Source: a virus
Lineage: Duplodnaviria > Caudoviricetes
Length of the DNA: 59,781 nt
Direction: 5' to 3' (one strand)
IMG/VR virus record: IMGVR_UViG_3300009419_000837
Location: 1 to 59,781 of that record
Shown: positions 28,922 through 38,108 of the stretch, one piece after another
How the letters are laid out: every line of letters begins with the position of its first letter
Position numbering within the stretch: position 1 is the stretch's first letter
Program-made: the position numbers and the translations under genes
Notes under the pieces: model-generated
The model's input: the letters and a program-made list of their open reading frames with translations, nothing else
Databases searched by the model: none
What the model was told of the DNA's origin: nothing

Positions 28922-30412
28922 TTACGCCACAGTAACGGTGGTGCCACCGTCAAACTGGCCGATCTTGATGATTATGAACTCTGCTGGACGTTGTAGAGCA
29001 ACACCAACTTCGATGTTTACCTGACCAGCGTCGATAGATGATTGTGGGTTGAGCTCAGTATCGCACTTAACGTAGAACGCTTGGCTTGGCACTGCTCCAC
29101 GTAGACCACCTTGACGCCAGAAGTCTGTTAGAAGACCTTCTAGAGTTGCGGTTAGTCGACGCCACAAAACTGCATCGTTAGGCTCAAAGATAGCGAACTG
29201 GCTTAGCTCTGAGAGCGCCTTACGCAAGTAGATGAGGGTACGACGTACAGGAACATACTTAGAAATGTATGAACCATCTAGAGTGCGAGAGCCCATAACT
29301 ACAATTCCTGAACCAGGTACAAACTTGATTGCGTTAACTGCAGCAGAGTTGCTGTTTAGGCTGTCAAGTTCTGAGTTAGTTAGAGCCGCTACTGAAACAG
29401 CGCCTCCAACACGGGCTGAAAGACCAGCAGGTGCCTTGAACACTCCACGAGAAGCGTCTGTAGCAAGGTAAAGACCAACAACCGCTCCGCCAGGGTTTGC
29501 AAGTGTTGTAATTCCCTGTGTGGTTACTGATGGGTCCTTAATTACGATCTGTGGGTAATATACAGCAGCATAAGAAGTTGCTGTATATGAATCCGCTGTT
29601 GTGATCTGGTTTGCTGCTGATCCAGAAATTGGGTCAATAACAACAAATACATCTCCACGGTTTTCAGCGTAGCTAGTGATTAGGTTAACCGCTGTAGCAT
29701 CTGTAACACCAGGCGCGTTTAGAACAAGCGAGCTTGGGATTACATCAAAAGCGTCAACAGCAGCAGAGATGTCAGAAGCATCAACGGCTGCGCCGTCAGT
29801 TCCTGCTGCTAAATCTGCGTTAGTGATTGTTACTGGTAGACGTGTTGCTCCAGTAGCGTTAGACCCTTCATCAACAGCTGATAGGTACTTAGACTGTGAG
29901 TTGATGACAGAAATTAAATAACGGTCATCTGTGGCTGTCATAGTTAGGTCTGTAAAACGCTCAACAATGTTAGTTGAAGCATCTCCGCCGTAGTAGACAG
30001 TTAGGTCAACTGCTCCTGCTGTATTAGCATTAGCAATTGTTACGTTGATGTTGTTACCCCATGCTCCAACGTTCTTAGCGTTTAGAGTTAGAGTTCCATC
30101 AGGTGAAACAGCGCGATCTGTAAAGCTACGTGTTGCTGTATCAGCAGCCACGTCAACTACGCGCTTAAAGTACGCTTGACTTCCTCCGTTTGAGAAGAAG
30201 AGAAGAGCAGCTACGTGCACTGCCTTGTTAGAAGTCCAACCTCCATAGAGGTTTACGTATTGACTCCAGGATGTAACCAGAGTGGGATCAACTGGGCCAC
30301 GATCCATAGAGCCAATAAATGCAGCGACTGACTGCGAGGTTGTGCTTTGAGCTGGTGGTACTAGGTTGAGGGATTCCGCAACATAGACACCAGGACGAAG
30401 GTATCCAGCCAT
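28922..30412 (-). CDS. Contractile tail sheath protein
   Basis: PGVYVAE, FFSNGG, GVFKAPAG, YVPVRR, FEPND..LW, PAEFIII. Confidence 0.95.
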   Translation of the reverse strand: MAGYLRPGVYVAESLNLVPPAQSTTSQSVAAFIGSMDRGPVDPTLVTSWSQYVNLYGGWTSNKAVHVAALLFFSNGGSQAYFKRVVDVAADTATRSFTDRAVSPDGTLTLNAKNVGAWGNNINVTIANANTAGAVDLTVYYGGDASTNIVERFTDLTMTATDDRYLISVINSQSKYLSAVDEGSNATGATRLPVTITNADLAAGTDGAAVDASDISAAVDAFDVIPSSLVLNAPGVTDATAVNLITSYAENRGDVFVVIDPISGSAANQITTADSYTATSYAAVYYPQIVIKDPSVTTQGITTLANPGGAVVGLYLATDASRGVFKAPAGLSARVGGAVSVAALTNSELDSLNSNSAAVNAIKFVPGSGIVVMGSRTLDGSYISKYVPVRRTLIYLRKALSELSQFAIFEPNDAVLWRRLTATLEGLLTDFWRQGGLRGAVPSQAFYVKCDTELNPQSSIDAGQVNIEVGVALQRPAEFIIIKIGQFDGGTTVTVA

Positions 30413-30451
30413 TTATATATCTCCTTTGAGAGTTTCTAGGGTTGTCATTTT

Positions 30452-31081
30452 TTATACCGATTCGAATCCCGATGGGATGGTGGCAGGTGTTGTTTCGAGG
30501 TTTACTGTTTCCACAAGAGGTGTCGCTTGTGCTGCCTGATAAGGCGTCATTTCGCTAACCACTCTGATACTAAAGACGTTTCTGAAGAGACGTCTTCCAT
30601 CCTCGATGGAGTCGCGTTTTACGAACCCTTCGAGAAACATATGTCGAGCAACTGTTCCAACCCCATTGTCTTGTGGGATGAGAAGGTGCCCATACTTACC
30701 TGGTATTTTTTCGTTTAACATTGAAAACATAATGCTTCGGTCATGTCGAGGATGACGAGCGTAAGAACTTACTTGATAGAACAGATCGTAAGTTGTTGGA
30801 GCGTAGTAGGAGTACGCATCAGTATTACTAGGGGCTTGTGTGCCACGGTTGGTGTTGTCCAACCAAAAGCCAGAACTCTGTCGATCGTTTGCTGGTTGAA
30901 TGTCGTAAAGGTCAATAACCATATATGGGTAGTCCTGTGTACGGATTTCAACGTCAGGAAATCCAAACCAAACCTTTACAGGTCGAGATGGATTCTTTAG
31001 ATCCGATACCGAGATTCCCTGTAGGTGAGACTTTAGCGCCTTGTCTTCTGCAAATAAAAAGGCGTCATCTGAAATTGTCAT
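30452..31081 (-). CDS. Tail terminator / sheath cap-like protein
   Basis: Directly upstream of the sheath; YPYMVIDLYDI...P..YDLFYQV. Confidence 0.65.
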   Translation of the reverse strand: MTISDDAFLFAEDKALKSHLQGISVSDLKNPSRPVKVWFGFPDVEIRTQDYPYMVIDLYDIQPANDRQSSGFWLDNTNRGTQAPSNTDAYSYYAPTTYDLFYQVSSYARHPRHDRSIMFSMLNEKIPGKYGHLLIPQDNGVGTVARHMFLEGFVKRDSIEDGRRLFRNVFSIRVVSEMTPYQAAQATPLVETVNLETTPATIPSGFESV

Positions 31082-31389
31082 GGAAGGATTCCTTCCGAAA
31101 ATAGGAAGTCTATAGCCTCTTGCCCAATTGCAGTCTCAAGTTGCTTTTGAGACTCATTTAGAAATGGACGGACTACAGCATTTGGGCTTAGTCGAGGAGA
31201 GCCATACTCTGATTCAAAAATGTTATCTTCTTGCACAGATTCGTAAGAAAGATTAATCAAGCCATCTTTAGCAGATATGCGGACTACTTGATTCCAGTCT
31301 GCATTAGCCATGCGTTCTTGAAGATCACCGTCCAACTCATCAGAAAGTCTTTCGGCAAGGCGAGGCGCTCTGTTTAAAAAGTCACTCAC
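31078..31389 (-). CDS. Putative tail completion / neck protein
   Basis: EYG.....P.AVVRPF motif as in HK97 gp10-like proteins. Confidence 0.55.
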   Translation of the reverse strand: MSDFLNRAPRLAERLSDELDGDLQERMANADWNQVVRISAKDGLINLSYESVQEDNIFESEYGSPRLSPNAVVRPFLNESQKQLETAIGQEAIDFLFSEGILP

Positions 31390-31550
31390 TTATTTTTCTT
31401 TTTCTCTGCCTTTTTGATGCCGTACATATACCCAAGTCCGACAGCGGCTAACGCTAAGGCTGAATCTTTTGCGTCAGGAGCTTGATCTGTTATGCCACGA
31501 ATGAAATCGACCTCTGTAGGGCCGTCTAACCATTCAGGTCTATTAGACAT
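31386..31550 (-). CDS. Small hypothetical protein (54 aa; MSNRPEWLDGPTEVDFIRG...) with one hydrophobic segment
   Basis: Manually translated. GGAG SD; GTGA coupling to the next gene. Confidence 0.65.
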   Translation of the reverse strand: MSNRPEWLDGPTEVDFIRGITDQAPDAKDSALALAAVGLGYMYGIKKAEKKKNK

Positions 31551-31633
31551 AGCAGTCTCCAATCGGAATTCGCAGGTACATCACGCAAAAGGGCAAAGCC
31601 ACTCCCCGCATGGGAGTTGATCCAATGGTAAAT

Positions 31634-31659
31634 GAAAAAGCCCCCTTTGTGGGGGCTAA
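31634..31659 (-). terminator. Intrinsic terminator
   Basis: AGCCCCC-ACAAA-GGGGGCT followed by TTTT. Confidence 0.8.
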
Positions 31660-31663
31660 GTCA

Positions 31664-31927
31664 TTACTTCTTCTTTTTCTCTCGCTTGTCCTCTGCCTTT
31701 TCGCCTTTCTTGCCTTCCTTGGCTTCATGGCGCTTTTCAGCTGACTTAATCTTCTTTACAATCTTCTCGTCAATCTTACGATCAGCAGTCTGGGTCTCTG
31801 GCTTGTTTCGCTTGCCATGAGCCTTATCCATCTTTTCAAACTTTGCTTTCTCTTCTTTGTCTAAGCCTTTAGTGGTCTTAGCGTCCTGCTTCTTGTCGTT
31901 CTTCTCGTTATACGGCATGCGCTTCAT
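31664..31927 (-). CDS. Highly charged Lys/Asp/Glu-rich protein
   Basis: TAATG-coupled; ends just before the terminator. Confidence 0.65.
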   Translation of the reverse strand: MKRMPYNEKNDKKQDAKTTKGLDKEEKAKFEKMDKAHGKRNKPETQTADRKIDEKIVKKIKSAEKRHEAKEGKKGEKAEDKREKKKK

Positions 31928-32143
31928 TACTTGCCCTTCTTGTTAACTAGTCCATCATTTTTTTTGTTCATCAAACCTTTTTTAGACATACCCGCCTCAG
32001 ACATTGCTATGGCTACGGCTTGCTTCTTTGACTTAACCACAGGGGCTCTTTGGACCTTTTGGATCTTTTCCAGAATGAAGCGTTCCAGCCTTGTACTCTT
32101 TCATAACTTTTGCGACCTTTTTAGGGCCTTTAGTTGTTGCCAT
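31927..32143 (-). pseudogene. Basic protein (DUF6496-like) broken by a frameshift near 32045
   Basis: Frame 0: MATTKGPKKVAKVMKEYKAGTLHSGKDPKGPKSPCG*. The +1 frame continues PVVKSKKQAVAIAMSEAGMSKK...GK*. Both ends are TAATG-coupled. Confidence 0.7.
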
Positions 32144-32682
32144 TAATGTATCTCATTCGCGTAGTCTTGGAACTGTTCATCATTGACCAGTTCATCTGGC
32201 ATTACCTGAATCATACGTACCTTAATAAGGGTACCTCGATCGTCCAAGTAACCGTCTGGCTGTACGCCGTATGGACGGTAGACCTGTTCTTTCCAAACAC
32301 AACGATACCTATTTGCTTCAGAAATCTTAGCCTTGAACGAACCACGCGTTTCAAATAACTCGGGGCTTACTTCTTGTAGGTCATCAATGTTAAGAGTGAA
32401 GTCCAAAGTATCGGCTGCGTAGTAACCGCGCTCGCTTGCCCTGACTTCTCCTTGGTTCCAGTTAGCGCTAATAACGTGAAGGCTCTTTGGACCTTTCCAT
32501 ACACGACCGCCAGAAATAGACTCTACGTCGTATACAGGGTCTAAGTTAATGCTGGTCTTGTCGTACTCCCACCAGTCAGCAAATGTTCCTACAGGGTTTG
32601 TTACATCCCAAGTAATACCGTCGCCAATAGCATTGAGTTCAAATTCAGTGGTAAAACGGCCACCGGGTGCGTGGGCTCTCAT
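32143..32682 (-). CDS. Putative head closure / head-tail joining protein
   Basis: DPVYD...W.GP...ERGYY..DTL..T; position in the morphogenesis region. Confidence 0.55.
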   Translation of the reverse strand: MRAHAPGGRFTTEFELNAIGDGITWDVTNPVGTFADWWEYDKTSINLDPVYDVESISGGRVWKGPKSLHVISANWNQGEVRASERGYYAADTLDFTLNIDDLQEVSPELFETRGSFKAKISEANRYRCVWKEQVYRPYGVQPDGYLDDRGTLIKVRMIQVMPDELVNDEQFQDYANEIH

Positions 32683-32691
32683 GACTCCCCC

Positions 32692-33738
32692 TTAACTCTT
32701 ATAGAACATAAGGTTACGCTGCAATCGCTCATCTGTCGGGTTGAGCTCGACTGCCTTCATCCCGTGCTCAAGAGCAGTAGATGTTTCACCCAAGTTATAC
32801 GCCGATATAGCCGCGTAGTCGTGTGGAGCATAACCCCATGCAAACTCCTCACATAGGTACTCCAAAGGCTTTTCCTTAATCTCTAAGGCTGAGGTTGCGT
32901 AGTGAAAACAGCGCTCCCAATTAGCGTTCTCGTAGTAGTACTGGGCCAAGTCAACCTGTGCCTCTCTACGATCTGGAGCTTCATCTACTGCTTTAAGAAG
33001 CCACGCCTCACGTTCCTGCCCACTAGACATCTTGGCAATGTAGCGCATAGAAGCAGCACGCTCAGGCTTCCACACAGCTCTAGGCAAACTTAAGTGGCGC
33101 TTAAACTCTTCAATAGATTCTTCCACCTTGCCGTAAAAGAAAAGTTCACGGGCGTAGTAAAAAGCGTTTCTGTCATCTGACTGATCTTCTTTAACAGACT
33201 GCGCTAGCAACGGCATGTACTGAGATCTAGGCTTTGTAGGATCTGCGTGATGATGAATCTCTAGTTCAATCCAGTTTTGTATTTCGGCTATGCGGTCAGT
33301 AACCATAACCTCATGGACAGGGTGCTTCCATCGGTAGCCATGTCTAGAGTGAATCTTGTCTCCGCCATATTGTAGACCGGGAGTTCCGTCCTCGTTCCAG
33401 TTCCACGTGTACTTATAGCGTGGTCTGGTTGTTTGTGTTGGTACGGCTTCTAGGGCTTCACGCCATCCCTCAATTAAAACTTCGTCCATATCAAGGGCAA
33501 TACAGTAATCAATATCGTTCGGGATACAAGCAAGAGATGCGTTACGTGCGTCATCAAACCGCCACGGTTTGATTGAGATATCTACTACATTAATCCCAAG
33601 ACTTTTAGCGAGGGCAACAGTGCCATCAGTAGAACCAGTGTCAGCAATAAGTAGGTAGTCAGCTTCTTTAGCAGAGTTGTACCACTTTTCTACGAACTGT
33701 TTTTCGTTTAGGGCAATTGTGTAGACGGCTATTTTCAT
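32692..33738 (-). CDS. GT2 glycosyltransferase with TPR repeats
   Basis: IALNE, DTGSTDGT, FDDARN, LDMDE (DxD), VHE, C-terminal TPRs; leaderless TAAACT-N6-ATG. Confidence 0.92.
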   Translation of the reverse strand: MKIAVYTIALNEKQFVEKWYNSAKEADYLLIADTGSTDGTVALAKSLGINVVDISIKPWRFDDARNASLACIPNDIDYCIALDMDEVLIEGWREALEAVPTQTTRPRYKYTWNWNEDGTPGLQYGGDKIHSRHGYRWKHPVHEVMVTDRIAEIQNWIELEIHHHADPTKPRSQYMPLLAQSVKEDQSDDRNAFYYARELFFYGKVEESIEEFKRHLSLPRAVWKPERAASMRYIAKMSSGQEREAWLLKAVDEAPDRREAQVDLAQYYYENANWERCFHYATSALEIKEKPLEYLCEEFAWGYAPHDYAAISAYNLGETSTALEHGMKAVELNPTDERLQRNLMFYKS

Positions 33739-33752
33739 AGCGTCAGTTTAGC

Positions 33753-33878
33753 CTATTCGTCGATTGAGTCGGGAGCGACTATGTCGTGCCCAATAACTTC
33801 GCCAGTATCGGCGTTCTTTACCTCAAAAGTTTCAAAGCCACGAGCGTCTACTCCAAGACTTGTCTTAACTACGTTCAT
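33753..33878 (-). CDS. Small protein (41 aa; MNVVKTSLGVDARGFETFEVK...), possible fibre accessory
   Basis: Manually translated; TAATG-coupled to the fibre gene. Confidence 0.6.
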   Translation of the reverse strand: MNVVKTSLGVDARGFETFEVKNADTGEVIGHDIVAPDSIDE

Positions 33879-35596
33879 TATGAGAACCTCGCCCAATATC
33901 CGTTAGATGTATTAACCAAAGGTACAGCAGATGAAGGCAGAGATGTTTGCGAGTCAAGATAGCCACGCATAACAGGGCTCAACGCGTTCAACGCTGCTGG
34001 TGGGTAACCGAATGCCAGGTAAGCAGTTCCGGGTGTTGTTGCTACAACAAGGATTGCAAATCCATAGCGCTGACCAGCAACAAAGGTTACTGGAGTGGTT
34101 AGGTTACGAGAGTAAACAGTGTTACGTGTTCCAAAGATTGTTGCATCATTTGCTGTTGATGAAAGCAGTGTTGCTGTCGTGTCATCAAAACTGTACACGC
34201 CCATAATAATTGTTGTTGCACCCGTTGTTGCTGTACCAGCAGAGGCAACCGCAACAGAGGTTGCTGTATGAGTGTGCATAGGTGAGAAGAATGTCCAGTA
34301 GACAGTTCCGCTTGTAAATGTTGCAGAACGGTTGTCATAGCGTGGTGCTACATCGATAACCTGATCTGATACTTCAAAGGCTGCTGAGACATGCTCTACA
34401 AGAGCAACAGTTCCGCTAGCATCTTGAATGGTTACAGTTCTATCGGCTGTTGGATCGTCTACGCTCAAAGTAGTTTCAAACGCATTTGCTGTAGCGCCTT
34501 CAAATACAAGACTAGAGCCAAGGTTTAGACCAGTAAATGTTGGAGCAGATAATGTTCCACCTAGAGATACAACGTCTGTTCCGATAGTAATCGAGGAGTT
34601 AGCCAACTTAGCATTAGTAACGTTTGCGTCAACAATCTTCCCAGTTGTTACAGAAAGATCGGCGGGAGTTCTTACATCAGAAAGGCGAGTGTCAGTTCCG
34701 TAAACTACTTGTGATGTAGACGCATCTCCAGTTGCTGGAATGTCCTTAACAGAAGATGTTCCAAGACCAGTTACCTGAGTGTTAGCAATAGAAAGAGTAG
34801 TTTGGTCAATACCCAGTACAGCAGCCGTAGATGTACCAGTATTAGTAACTGGACCAGTAACAGAGATTACGCCTGAAGGACCTGTAGGTCCTGTAGGTCC
34901 TGTAACCATACTGTCCGCACCTGTTGGACCTGTTGCGCCTGTAGGTCCTGTTGGACCTGTTGCTCCAACAATTTGTCCAGCGCTGTACCAAGAGGTACCG
35001 TTCCAAACATACACATCGCCATCTGCATCAACAATGTAAGCATCGTTAACATCATTGCCAGTAGATGGGAGTGAAGCAACATCTGCAACGCTACCAATTA
35101 AAGTAATTGGAACACCTTGCGGACCTGTTGCTCCCGTAGGACCTGTAGGTCCTGTTACTGTTGAATCTGCACCAGTAGGTCCGGTTGGACCAGTAGGTCC
35201 GGTTGGACCTGTGACTGTTGATGGTTCAGTAGAAACTGGACCAGTAGGGCCCGTTGGGCCAGTAGGTCCGGTTGGACCAGTAGCTCCTGTAGGACCAGTA
35301 GGTCCTTGAGGAATTGCAAAATTAAATACAGCTGCAGAAGAAGTTCCAGAGTTAGAAATTGCAGCAGAAGAACCTGGCGCACCAGTTGTTACTGTTCCAA
35401 CAGTTAATGTTGAACTTGGACCAGTAGGCCCTGTTACACCAGAAGAATAAGCAAGTGAGTTCCAAACTTGAGTACCGTTACCGACTTTAAAACGACCAGT
35501 ATCGTACTCGTAGCCAACCTCACCTTGTGAAAGAAGCGGGTTTGCGCTTGCCCAGTTAGCCGCAGTATCGCGTCTGTGTTGAATCTTTACAGCCAT
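33878..35596 (-). CDS. Collagen-like tail fibre / receptor-binding protein
   Basis: IQHRRDTAANW..NPLL..GEVGYEYDTGRFKVGNG (Mtd/hyaluronidase-type N-terminus), GPT repeats, C-terminal beta domain. Confidence 0.85.
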   Translation of the reverse strand: MAVKIQHRRDTAANWASANPLLSQGEVGYEYDTGRFKVGNGTQVWNSLAYSSGVTGPTGPSSTLTVGTVTTGAPGSSAAISNSGTSSAAVFNFAIPQGPTGPTGATGPTGPTGPTGPTGPVSTEPSTVTGPTGPTGPTGPTGADSTVTGPTGPTGATGPQGVPITLIGSVADVASLPSTGNDVNDAYIVDADGDVYVWNGTSWYSAGQIVGATGPTGPTGATGPTGADSMVTGPTGPTGPSGVISVTGPVTNTGTSTAAVLGIDQTTLSIANTQVTGLGTSSVKDIPATGDASTSQVVYGTDTRLSDVRTPADLSVTTGKIVDANVTNAKLANSSITIGTDVVSLGGTLSAPTFTGLNLGSSLVFEGATANAFETTLSVDDPTADRTVTIQDASGTVALVEHVSAAFEVSDQVIDVAPRYDNRSATFTSGTVYWTFFSPMHTHTATSVAVASAGTATTGATTIIMGVYSFDDTTATLLSSTANDATIFGTRNTVYSRNLTTPVTFVAGQRYGFAILVVATTPGTAYLAFGYPPAALNALSPVMRGYLDSQTSLPSSAVPLVNTSNGYWARFS

Positions 35597-35952
35597 TAAC
35601 CGCTCACATTCCCTGCGTCAATTGTTGGTGCACCACCATAAATTGTAGTTGCTCCACCGCCGTCTATGTTCTGAAAGATAGGACCAGTTGGGCCAGTGCT
35701 TCCAGTCGGACCTGTTGGTCCTGTAGATCCTGTAGGACCAAGAGGACCTGTAGGTCCCTGAGATCCAGTCGGTCCAGTAAATCCTTGGATACCCTGCGGC
35801 CCAGTTGGACCAGTTGGCCCGATCGGTCCTGTAGGACCAGTCTCACCTTGGGCTTCATTGATGCGCCAAACAGAACCATCCCAATACCAAGTTTGGTTAC
35901 CTACTGTGAACAGTTCGTTCAGGGCAGGAGAGTTTGGGAAGTCGATAGGCAT
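35596..35952 (-). CDS. Short collagen-like virion protein
   Basis: MPIDFP.SP...W.WDG..W N-terminus, about 20 G-X-Y triplets, IDGG C-terminus. Confidence 0.8.
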   Translation of the reverse strand: MPIDFPNSPALNELFTVGNQTWYWDGSVWRINEAQGETGPTGPIGPTGPTGPQGIQGFTGPTGSQGPTGPLGPTGSTGPTGPTGSTGPTGPIFQNIDGGGATTIYGGAPTIDAGNVSG

Positions 35953-36032
35953 AGCTGTCAGTATAAAGCATTTGAGAACGTATGTTCTTCTAAAAATGAA
36001 GGACTAAGTCACTTGAATGGTAGAGTTGTGCC

Positions 36033-36737
36033 ATGAGAAAGCCTTTACCAATATTAAAGTACGAGTCAGCCCATTCCGATATAGATCCTAATATGGTTAG
36101 ACCAGCTAAGGCTACTATCTCAAAATGGTTTAAGGACACCCCAAAGTGGCTTAGCCCATTCCCGCCTAGGTCCGCTCAAGAGGCTGTGCCCACAGTAAAA
36201 ATGTGCACACCTTTTTTAGAGGCTATGGCTTTGGGGTATTTAATCCATTTGCCTATGGACTTGGTTGTTTCCATAGAAAATAATGTTCAGCACCTTTCTT
36301 GGAGAATAGGTGGAGATTTAGTTGGGGTTAGAGAAGAAGATAAAATTTCTTATCTACCTTCTCCAATTGGGTGCTCACCTACGCATTACACGTGGAAGCT
36401 ACCTTTATCTTTTTCAGTCCCTGTAGGGTACAGCGTTCTTTACACTCAACCTTTTAATAGACCAGAACTGCCTTTTGTAACTTTAAGCGGAGTTATAGAC
36501 GGACCTTTTGTCACTTCAGCTGGTGGAAGCATTCCTTTTTATCTTAAAAAAGATTTTGAAGGAGTAATACCGCAAGGAACACCCTTAGCTCAACTAGTTC
36601 CTTTTAAAAACGAAAACTGGGAAGCCAAAGAAACTAAAGGATTAATCCAAGAAGGTGAACAAAACAGTCGTAAAAGTAAAGCTGTTTTATCTGGATGGTA
36701 CAAATCAGCCTATTGGAAGAAAAAATCTTTTAATTAG
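36033..36737 (+). CDS. Uncharacterised protein, paralog of 37372..38085
   Basis: PAK..ISKWFK, TVKMCTPFLEAMALGY, PFNR..LPFVTLSGVID, EGVIPQGTPLAQLVPF; leaderless TAGAGT-N6-ATG. Confidence 0.85.
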   Translation: MRKPLPILKYESAHSDIDPNMVRPAKATISKWFKDTPKWLSPFPPRSAQEAVPTVKMCTPFLEAMALGYLIHLPMDLVVSIENNVQHLSWRIGGDLVGVREEDKISYLPSPIGCSPTHYTWKLPLSFSVPVGYSVLYTQPFNRPELPFVTLSGVIDGPFVTSAGGSIPFYLKKDFEGVIPQGTPLAQLVPFKNENWEAKETKGLIQEGEQNSRKSKAVLSGWYKSAYWKKKSFN

Positions 36738-37362
36738 GCTTTGGTTGATCGTGTAGCCACGTAACAACCGCGTACTTAGTTCCAGTTTTTACTGGGTGCG
36801 CTATGTGGCGGTACGCGTAACTTGCAGGGAACAACATTAAGGTACCAGCCTTAGGTTTAATTTTTATTCCAAAATTAACAAACTCAATTTCTCCGCCAGT
36901 GTAGTCATCGTTTAAGTACAAAATTGGAGATATAGATCTATGAGTGGCTGTTCCGCCATCGTAGTGGGCTTTATACTCTTGACCTGTTTGGTACTTAAGA
37001 AGGTTAAACTCTTCGACAAAAAATATGGACTCTGTTATACCTAGTGATTCGGTGTATCCATTCACAGCCGAGTAAGTTAGTTCAAAAAATCTATTATTTA
37101 AAATTCGTATGCTTTCATCTACTGGCGCGTAAGTTGAAATTGATAAGTGGCTATTGGTGCGGACATCTTCAGCAATCCTTTCCGTACCCGGAGTTTCTCC
37201 TCTAACACCAGCAGGCTTAAACTTAACTGATGATTCTGGATCAGATGTAACTCTCTCAATTGCATCAATAGTGGCTTGGGGAGAGTCCCAAACATTTTCG
37301 TATGCCGCAATGCAGCCCGCGTACACTGTAGTAGGTTCTATCGAAGAAGGTAGGATGTACAT
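36730..37362 (-). CDS. 2OG-Fe(II) oxygenase, prolyl-4-hydroxylase-like
   Basis: LLKY..GQEYKAHYD, LYLNDDYTGGE, LFP....H...PV..GTKY. Confidence 0.9.
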   Translation of the reverse strand: MYILPSSIEPTTVYAGCIAAYENVWDSPQATIDAIERVTSDPESSVKFKPAGVRGETPGTERIAEDVRTNSHLSISTYAPVDESIRILNNRFFELTYSAVNGYTESLGITESIFFVEEFNLLKYQTGQEYKAHYDGGTATHRSISPILYLNDDYTGGEIEFVNFGIKIKPKAGTLMLFPASYAYRHIAHPVKTGTKYAVVTWLHDQPKPN

Positions 37363-37371
37363 TTTTTTCCT

Positions 37372-38085
37372 TTACTTGTAGGACTTTTTAATCCAAAATT
37401 GTGATTGGTAAGATCGTACTAGTTTTGACATTATCATAAAACGTTCTTTTTCAGACTTCTCAAAAGAAAAAGGTTCTTTAACTTCATGCTCCCAGTTCTG
37501 TCTTATAAAAGGCATAACCTGAGCAATAGGAGTCCCTTTTTCTATAATACCTTCAAAGTTATCTTTAATGTATAGGTTAGCCACCAATGGTCGTATTGAT
37601 GTGTCAGTGTCTATAACCCCAGATAAAGTTAAAAATGGAAGGTCGTATCGGTTAAAAGGATGAGTTACTAAAACGCTAGATCCTTTTGGCGTTTTTATTC
37701 TTGGGTATAGCGCAACTCTCCAAACATCTTTTGCGTAGTTTTCAGGAATAGGTATTCCAGAACTTCTATGCGGAGGAGTATCTATATCAAAAGTTGCACC
37801 ATTTGATCGGTTAACGCCCCAAAAAACATGGGTAGATCCGTTAACTTTTCTAATTTCTATGTCTTGTGGGAGTAGCATCATGTAGCCACTAGTCATAGCA
37901 TCTACAAAAGGCATGCACTTTTTTACAGTAGATCGGTCTCTGGTGCTACCAATATGCTGTTCAATAGGAACTTCTGGTGGTATTTTTTTAAACCAATCTG
38001 GTAAAACTTGATAGGCTGGCTTAGGAGGATCCTCAGTCGCATAAATTTCTGGTGTCGCAGCTATAAACTCAATCTTTTTTGCCAT
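37372..38085 (-). CDS. Uncharacterised protein, paralog of 36033..36737
   Basis: PKPA..LPDWFK, TVKKCMPFVDAMTSGY, PFNR..LPFLTLSGVID, EGIIEKGTPIAQVMPF; start at ATG 38085 (TATGCT-N6-ATG). Confidence 0.85.
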   Translation of the reverse strand: MAKKIEFIAATPEIYATEDPPKPAYQVLPDWFKKIPPEVPIEQHIGSTRDRSTVKKCMPFVDAMTSGYMMLLPQDIEIRKVNGSTHVFWGVNRSNGATFDIDTPPHRSSGIPIPENYAKDVWRVALYPRIKTPKGSSVLVTHPFNRYDLPFLTLSGVIDTDTSIRPLVANLYIKDNFEGIIEKGTPIAQVMPFIRQNWEHEVKEPFSFEKSEKERFMIMSKLVRSYQSQFWIKKSYK

Positions 38086-38108
38086 GAGCAGAGCATACAC
38101 CTAAAAAA

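Noticed and set aside
17023-31081. Extracellular contractile injection system or tailocin
   Set aside because: Terminase, portal, scaffold, capsid and replication genes are present, so this is a phage tail.
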